Positions 55,324 to 64,000 of a stretch of 64,000 nucleotides of DNA are shown here, one piece after another. How positions within the stretch are numbered: the first letter of the stretch is position 1; every line of letters starts with the position of its first letter. Origin of the DNA: the human T2T-CHM13v2.0 reference genome, Homo sapiens. A program made the position numbers and the translations under genes. The notes under the pieces are model-generated. The model worked only from the letters and a program-made list of their open reading frames with translations. It had not been told where the DNA came from and made no database searches. Location: the NCBI RefSeq assembly GCF_009914755.1, contig NC_060937.1; one strand, written 5' to 3'.

Positions 55324-55738
55324 CAGTTGACCCTTGAACAACACGGGTTTAAACTGCATGGTTTCTTCTGCCTCCGCCATCCCTGAAACAGCAAAACCAA
55401 CTTTTTCTCTTTCTCCTTCTCAGTCTAATCAACGTGAAAATGACAAGGATGAACACCTTTATGATGACCCACTTCCCTGTAATGAATAGTAAATGTAGTT
55501 TCTCCTCTTTATAATTATTTAATAACGTTCTTTTCTCTAGCTTGTTTTATTGTAGTAATATAGTATATAATATATATAACACACAAAATAAGTGTTAATC
55601 TACTGTTTATGTTACTGATAAGGCTTCTCATCAACAGGCTATTAGTAGTTAGGTGTGGGGGGACTCAAGTTATAAACAAATTTTTGACTGTGTAGGGAAT
55701 TGGTATATCTAACTCCCATGTTGTTCAAGGGCCAACTG
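55324..55738 (+). mobile_element. Tigger2a non-autonomous DNA transposon
   Basis: TIRs CAGTTGACCCTTGAACAAC and GTTGTTCAAGGGCCAACTG, flanked by TA on both sides. Confidence 0.9.
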
Positions 55739-55912
55739 TATTTTACCCTGTTCAAGGGTCAACTGTATTTTATCCTGTTCAAGGGACAACTGTATTTTAT
55801 CCTGTTCAAGGGTCAACTGTATTTTACCCTGTTCAAGGGTCAACTGTATTTTATCCTGTTCAAGGGTCAACTGTATTTTACCCTGTTCAAGGGGCAACTG
55901 TATTTTATCCTG
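55722..55912. repeat. Minisatellite, 7 x 27 bp (TGTTCAAGGGTCAACTGTATTTTAYCC)
   Basis: Units start at 55722, 55749, 55776, 55803, 55830, 55857 and 55884. Confidence 0.97.
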
Positions 55913-55982
55913 GCAAACATTTCCTATATTATGTGGAACAAAAATAGTTTTACTTAGTTTTTTATTTAAAAAAATGAATGAG

Positions 55983-55985
<3 letters not shown>

Positions 55986-56027
<42 letters not shown>
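55986..56027. repeat. (TG)n microsatellite
   Basis: Directly visible. Confidence 0.97.
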
Positions 56028-56030
<3 letters not shown>

Positions 56031-56275
56031 TCATCGCTCAGTATTTATGGGGGACTGGTTTTTCAGGACCTCTTACAGATACCCAAATCCACAGATACTC
56101 AGGTCCCCAATATAGAATGGTGTAGTATTTGTGTATAACCTATGCACATCCTTCCAAAATTTTAAATCATTTCTAGATTCCTGATAATATCTAATAAAAT
56201 GTAGGTGCTATATACACAGTGGTTACACTGTATTATTTAGGGAACAATGGCAAAAGTCTATACATTTCAGCTTTG
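56028..56275 (+). mobile_element. MER2 (TcMar-Tigger) DNA transposon, partial
   Basis: agtcatcgctcagtatttatgggggactgg...aatggtgtagtatttgtgtataacctatgcacatcc. Confidence 0.78.
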
Positions 56276-56899
56276 CTTTTGTAAAAAACAATATAACAAC
56301 GTAGCTCATCTGAAATTCCTCTTGCTGGAAAAAATAAAAATTTGTTGTTGAAATAACTTAATATAGTCATAAATATATAGGTTATCTTGCAAGAAAATAA
56401 GGGAAATTCTGAAAATAAAACAAAAGAAAAGCCTAAGCTTCTAATGTGTATATAATCTCATGACATGGATGCCTAGAGGAATTTGTGCATGTTCACAACT
56501 AAGGTGTTTCTGTTTTATACGTGTGACATAACATGTGTATACTGGGAATAGGGAGCAGGGCAGGAGATAAAGCCTTAGGCCAATTCATGACTTGGAAACA
56601 TGTAACTGAGGCTGAAAATTCTAAGAAATTCACAATTAAAAAGTAGGCTACAGAAAGGAAATTTGCCTATCTTCGCTTGTATTCTATGTGGGAAAAAAAG
56701 TTCACCTGAAAATTTATGTCCTTAAGCAAGCATGAAGATGCAGTCTTTTAAAAAATTCTGTATGTTTAAGTTGTACTGCAAGATGTTTTGGTATACATAT
56801 ATAATGAAGTGATTACTACAGGTCAAGTGAATTAACATATCCAGTATTTCCCATAGTTACATCTCTTTTTTCTTCTTTTCTTCTTGTGATGCAAGTCTG

Positions 56900-57830
56900 G
56901 AAATTGAGAAATTACCATATAAAGGGGTGGGTTGCTAATAATTCAGTAGACGTACATGGTAAAAGCTATCATAGAAATGCTCTTGAGTAAAACATCAAGC
57001 AACTCATGATAAAAGAATCTGTCTAAGCAAAAGTCGGCACTGTGAATGTATAAGTAAAGGTAAATAAAATGAAAAGAAAGAGAAAATAAATGACAGACAA
57101 CCATGGAATACAATATTTGTTTCTAAAATAAAGTAATGTAAGAATAGATTAAAAATACAAGAAAAAAACCCATGTAATATAATAATATGTGAAGTCGAGA
57201 AATAATCAAATTAAAATTAAATATGCAGTGATGCAGTAAGCAGTAAACTAGTATAATTTAACAGACAATTAGCCAAATGACACAGGAACTTTAACAAATG
57301 GACAATATAAAGAAAGTTTATGAGACATGTAGGGTGTTAAAGAAGTTCCATTAACAGAATAAATGAAACTGAGTATTTACTCTGAGAAGGCTAAGAATAT
57401 TCCGGGTAAAATGGAAAACATGCATCTTCAGATTCAGCAAGCACAGCGGGTCTTAAGCAGAATAAATAAGAATCAATCTGCACCTGGACATTGTCATAAT
57501 TAAATTACAGAAGCATAAATGGAATAATAGTTATTTAATGTATGTAAATTAAACACACACACACATACACACAAACACACACTACATATTACCTCCAAAA
57601 AATGAGAATTTGATGACTTTTTTAAATAGCAAGAATAAGCTAGAATATAATGAGGAATTTGAAGTTACTGGAAGAAAATTTCTGTGATTTCACAATTCTA
57701 TATCAAGATAAGCTTAAAGAGAAAATATGAAATAATAATATGTTAATACCAAAATAGAAAGCTTTGTACTAGCAGAACCTCATTCTACAAGCTAGTAAAA
57801 GATGTGCATCCAGAAAAAGAAATGACAATG
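56900..57830 (+). mobile_element. Very old L1 (L1ME-like) ORF1 fragment
   Basis: cttcagattcagcaagcacagcgggtcttaagcagaataaataag resembles L1 ORF1. Confidence 0.5.
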
Positions 57831-59855
57831 CATGTAAGTAGTTAGGGCTAAATACATCCCTTCATAAGTGATAGCTGACCAGTGAATGAATACAAGATGA
57901 GTTAGCCATGTGAAAGAGAATGAATGGGGTATAAAGTGGGGATTCTTAAAACAGTACTTCAAATATATAAAATATCATCATGGAGCCTAAGAAAACGATC
58001 CTAGTACAGACCTAGGGGCTACATGTTGGTATAGTATCAAAAGCCATGTAACTGCCAGGTTACATGCTGTTGCAGGAAGGTGTGCTGTTACTCACCCATA
58101 ATGGGGAAGCACTGGAAGAATTTAAGTAGATTGCTGACATTCCAATTGTATTTCAGAAATATGGATAGTGCAATAATTTTGTGGACAGATTGTAATGAGA
58201 GGCAAACAGACATGTAAGGAAGTTTTTGAAAAAAACGTAATGAAAGTGTTTTATGAACAGAAAAGTTTTGTAAATAATGGTGTAAAGAAAGAGAAAAAAA
58301 TCTATACTGCCTTTTTTTTTTTTGGTTTGAGTGTCTGGGAGGATATTGTTCAAATTTATTATTGTGGTACAACTTAACCAAGGCAAAAAATGAGTAGTCA
58401 CCTTCAACTGTATTACAATTGAAAGTCCTCTCAGTCAAACCTCCCAGAACCTTAGAGTTTACAATTTTTGGATTTCTTCACTTATCCCTTGCATGAGTTA
58501 GATTTCTCCAGATTGCTGTTGTTTCTTATAGGGAGTAAGAGCAGAGACTGGTACACGATGGTGTAGAGCTACAACGACTGAGTCTCTCTGAAATAGAGCA
58601 AATCTTTCGGAGGTAATGTAACAATGTGCCTACGAAAGTAATCACAACATTACATCTACAGTTCATCTGAAGCTAATGAAATCATTTGGTGTGACCAAGA
58701 CAATGAGGAGATGAATGCTGACCATTGCATTTTTTGATGAAAGAAAATTATCTTGTGCTAATTGTATGGGTTGTTTCTATTTCCTAATGAACTCTATTTT
58801 TAACTGTTAAAGTTTTAGTTATCAGATTTATCAGTTATCAGAAAAACACAAGTCTTATCGGCTAATGAATGCGATTTTTCTCTCCATTCAGTTATCCTTG
58901 TTACCAGGACTTGTTCAACAATAGACATTTTAATTTTTACATATAGTTATTCTTACAGATAATTGAAAAATGTAGTAGTAAAAATATAAGAATAGAGGAA
59001 GAGTAACTAGTTAAGAGACAAATGAAGATGTCTAGGTGAGCAATTATGATGGCTTAGGCTCTGGAATTAGCAGTATAGATGATAGAAGTGAAGAGATTCA
59101 GGATTGGATATAAAAACATAAAAGAGTTAAGATTAACTCATAGGTTTTATGCCTGCACAACTGTATAAATTGCAGTGCCTTTTACTAAGTTAGGGAACAT
59201 AAGGGAAAAAGCACATACAGTGAATATAGTGGAATCAGTTTTAAGGATACATTTTTTTTCTATGTGAACTTTGAAGAAAACAACTTAACAATTAAAAGAT
59301 GTAAAGCGAGTGCTGTATAATTAATTCTGTAGCTCACGGAAAGAGTCTATTTCTGACTACAGATAAACCTTTTTTTTAGACACTTATAAATTTTATATAA
59401 AACAAAGATTCTGGATAAAAATATGCCGAAATCGAATGCAGATAAACGAAAGGCTCAACACACTTCTTGGGTTATCCCAGGGTTTAGATTTGGGGGATGG
59501 AGGAAACAAATTTTAAAAATGACCAGTGTTACAAGTTGATATCCAAGAGAAATCTCTGATAGAAGACAAGAAAAAGGGAGAAATGTATATCAAATGTGTC
59601 TAATATATTGAATGAATTGTGAATTAAAATTAGTATTAGATTGGAGATAACGGGAATCTTTCTACCAAGTGATAAACTGGTTTCAAGAGATTTAAGCAGA
59701 AGATAAAGGGGAACAATACTAATAGGGCATTCTTTGATAATTGGCTGCAACATAGAAGAGTGAAATATAGTGGTAACTAGAGGACGATGTTGGTTGAAGG
59801 AGCTTTTTGTGATAAAATATGTTACAATATATCCTTATGTTTGGGGGTTTCATTT

Positions 59856-60175
59856 TCATTTTTTATTTTTTTGAGACAGAGTCTTGCTCTGTTGCCCAGG
59901 ATACAGTGTAGTGGTGTGATATCCACTCACTGCAACCTCTGCTCCCAGGCTCAAGTGATCCTCCCACCTCAGCATCCCAAGTAGCTGAGAGTACAGGAAT
60001 GTGCCACCATGCCTGGCTAATTATTTTGTATTTTTAGTAGAGGCAGGGTTTTGCCACGTTGCTTAGGCTGGACTGGAACTCCTGGACTTGCCTAGGCTGG
60101 ACTTGAACTCCTGGACTCAAGCAATCCACTCATCTCAGCCTCCCAAAGTGCTTGGATTACTGAGCCACCATGCCA
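59856..60175 (-). mobile_element. AluJ with internal 29-bp duplication
   Basis: Antisense Alu; taggctggact(g/t)gaactcctggact occurs twice at ~60059-60118. Confidence 0.9.
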
Positions 60176-60255
60176 AGGGATAGTGTATCCTTATATTGAT
60201 AGGAATTATGATGCAGGAAGAAGAAAGGAACTTGCAAGAAAAAATTTTAGTATAG

Positions 60256-60579
<324 letters not shown>

Positions 60580-61380
60580 GACTTTTAATAGGATAGAAAC
60601 ATTTGGAATTCAGTTATTATAATAGAAGGAAAAAATAGTTTGGTAAATTTGGGACTGTGCAGAGGTGGAAGACCTCTTCTGATTGCATACATTTTCTCAG
60701 TAATGTAACAAAATCATCAGCTGATAAAAGGAGAAAAAAAAATGGAAGAAACAGTAGCATAGAAAAGTGGAAAAAATAACTGATGTGGGAAGTACAGGAG
60801 AACCACCTAGAGACTTATACTGATGAATTAAAGATGAGTGTATGTGTTGGATGGGGGTGGCAGGGAGAGTTGCCCAGCTATATTCACTACTCCAGTGCAG
60901 ACAGAATGTTTAACTTAAGGGTACTGTGATCCGCACTCCCTCAATCTCAGGAGTTTTAATAGATGGAGAGAAAGCAAACCTCAGTGTTTATGCACTGAGG
61001 GTCATTATGCAATGACCCTTATATGTGTGGGTCATTGGTTCTAAGACCTGTATGCATCAACACTAGAATGAGAGGGTTGATAAAATGTGAAAATATATGC
61101 ATGTTTAGCTTATGCATCACAGGAGGGCCTATATAATTTTAGAATTAGGGTATTTGAGTGACTGAGCTATCAAGATAGATGGTGGTTGCCAGACGAAGCC
61201 ATGATTAAAAGTAAGACCCAAGAGTTGGTTCAATTATTGTTAATTTAAAATCTAGTTGTGGCCATTAGATTGGGATGACTGGGGTGCGGTGGAAGACAAA
61301 TGTGTTAGAGAGGAGAAAGTTGCACAGAACTATGGAGAACAGATCATCTTTTTATACTAAAAGATCTTGAGTAATGAAAA

Positions 61381-62148
<768 letters not shown>

Positions 62149-63289
62149 AAAACACAACTGGACAACTGGTATAATACAATGAATTTCTTCACTGGATAAG
62201 GGCAATTAGCAGATGGAAATTTATGACTCTGACAGAATGAAATAAAATTTTACAATCTGAGGGCATGAAGATCAAAGCCCTGGTCTTTCTGACAGTATGT
62301 ATGTTAAAAAACTTGGGGGAGCTTCAATTATTTGTGGGATCATGGATCTGGAAGGTAAGGCATGTAGGGCATGACATGCCACCAAATCATTTTCTTTTAT
62401 GTATGATTTTACAACATCAGATTTAAAGACTATTGAGTAAAAATATATTTTCTTATAAAACATTTTAAAACCCTTTATTGTTCACAGGGCCTGAGTTTAA
62501 ACTTAATGTGGACTCTTGCCATTTGTTAATTGAAGCATTTCTGATGAGCATTCTAATTCCATCAAACTCACATACTGGATCTGTTATTTTATACTGATTA
62601 TTTCCATGTAGGCTCCAATGCAAATTAGCATCTAACTTACAATACCTCAAAGGAGTTCCAGAACATGACCATTTAGTACTTCAGAAATCAAAGTTGCATT
62701 ATTTTTATACAGTAATTATATCAGATGTATGTATGCCTCTTGTCTTTCAAGCCTGAAATTAATTTTTGGAAATCTGCATTTTTACCATATGATAAGCATT
62801 GAGTCTCAAGAAACAGTTTGCTTCAGTGAAGAATGAGTCAAGGGTATTGCTTTCAGTCTTTAATAGAATGCAGATTACCTACTGAAAAGGAAGGCCTTTA
62901 TTTCATAAATTGAATAGAAAGATAAGTGAAAATAATTGTAAGTATTTAAAAGTAGATCACCTGAAAAAGTCAAATCTAAATATCTCTCTTGAGAGCCTGT
63001 ACTTTTATTTAAATAAAAAGTATTTTCATTTATTTTAAAGATTTTAATGTTTTGTTCTATTCATTTTAAACTAGATTTGACTAGCATGAATAATTCAGCA
63101 TTAAATTTTTTATTTAAAAAATAAATTATTAAACGTTATTATTTGATAAAAAGCACATCTTCTATATTCATTAAAACTAAACCTCATATAGAAAACATTC
63201 ATTCTTCTAATTTGCTAGCAACTCAACCTTTTAATGAATGACATAAGCTACCACTAGTCACTCATTCTTAAAGCAAGAAAAGAGTAGAG

Positions 63290-63750
63290 TCAGATAATTA
63301 TAAAACTAAAAGAAAGAAAAACAGAAATGGAGATCTACCTGAAATTCTGTATTCTACAAAATGATCCTTTAAAATGGAAGAATACTTTTTTCTGAAAAAT
63401 AAAAATTGCAGAAATGTGTTGCCTGTAAACTTGTCTTGCAAAAAGTGTTTTAAAAAGTTATTTAGGAAGAAAAATGATATAGTTCAGAAACTTGTATCTA
63501 CATGAGGAAAGGAAAAGCATTAAAGTAATAAACACAGATAAATAAAATATTGTATTTTTCTAATTCCTAGTAGATCTAGGAGATAGAAGTTTGTTAAAGT
63601 AATAACAACAAAATTTGTATTTGTTAATTATAGCAAGTATGAAAATGAAATACATGATGATGTTATGAGGGGCAGATGGGACAAATTCAGAGTATTTTCT
63701 TACAAGATACGTGTAGTGCACATGAAGTGGTATATCATTATTTGAAAGAA
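63290..63750 (+). mobile_element. Old L1M fragment (ORF1 end and inter-ORF region)
   Basis: aaatgatatagttcagaaacttgtatctacatgaggaaagg...gaagtggtatatcattatttgaa. Confidence 0.55.
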
Positions 63751-63751
63751 G

Positions 63752-64000
<249 letters not shown>

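Noticed and set aside
55700-55957. 85-aa ORF with (FKGQLYF[T/I]L)x7; array superficially CRISPR-like
   Set aside because: It is the translation of a 27-bp minisatellite. There are no unique spacers, no cas genes, and the context is eukaryotic.

Overview
AT-rich, repeat-dense primate (human-like) intergenic or intronic DNA with no credible host protein-coding gene. Most short ORFs are Alu/L1-derived or chance. Repeat family names are recognised from memory of consensus sequences, not from a search. The main element is a near-full-length, decayed betaretrovirus-like HERV-K provirus on the + strand (about 42179-49972; HERVK14C/LTR14C-like, i.e. HML-9) with a tRNA-Lys PBS, gag, pro, pol, env, PPT and a complete 3' LTR. 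Two things stand out. (1) The 5' LTR lacks its first ~350 bp, and the provirus is flanked by a ~505-bp direct duplication of host DNA (41676-42180 and 49973-50475) instead of a 5-6 bp TSD. This fits a fossil one-ended integration. (2) The env region keeps a basic motif, an NES-like motif, and phase-matched splice donor and acceptor sites at the positions of HML-2 rec, predicting a ~107-aa Rec-like protein broken by one frameshift. The provirus sits in an antisense MER4-group ERV1, which appears to sit in an MLT1 element. Also present: a 7x27-bp minisatellite made from a Tigger2a terminal inverted repeat, solo MER52 and MER57 LTRs, a twin-primed L1 and several non-repeat islands that may be enhancers.
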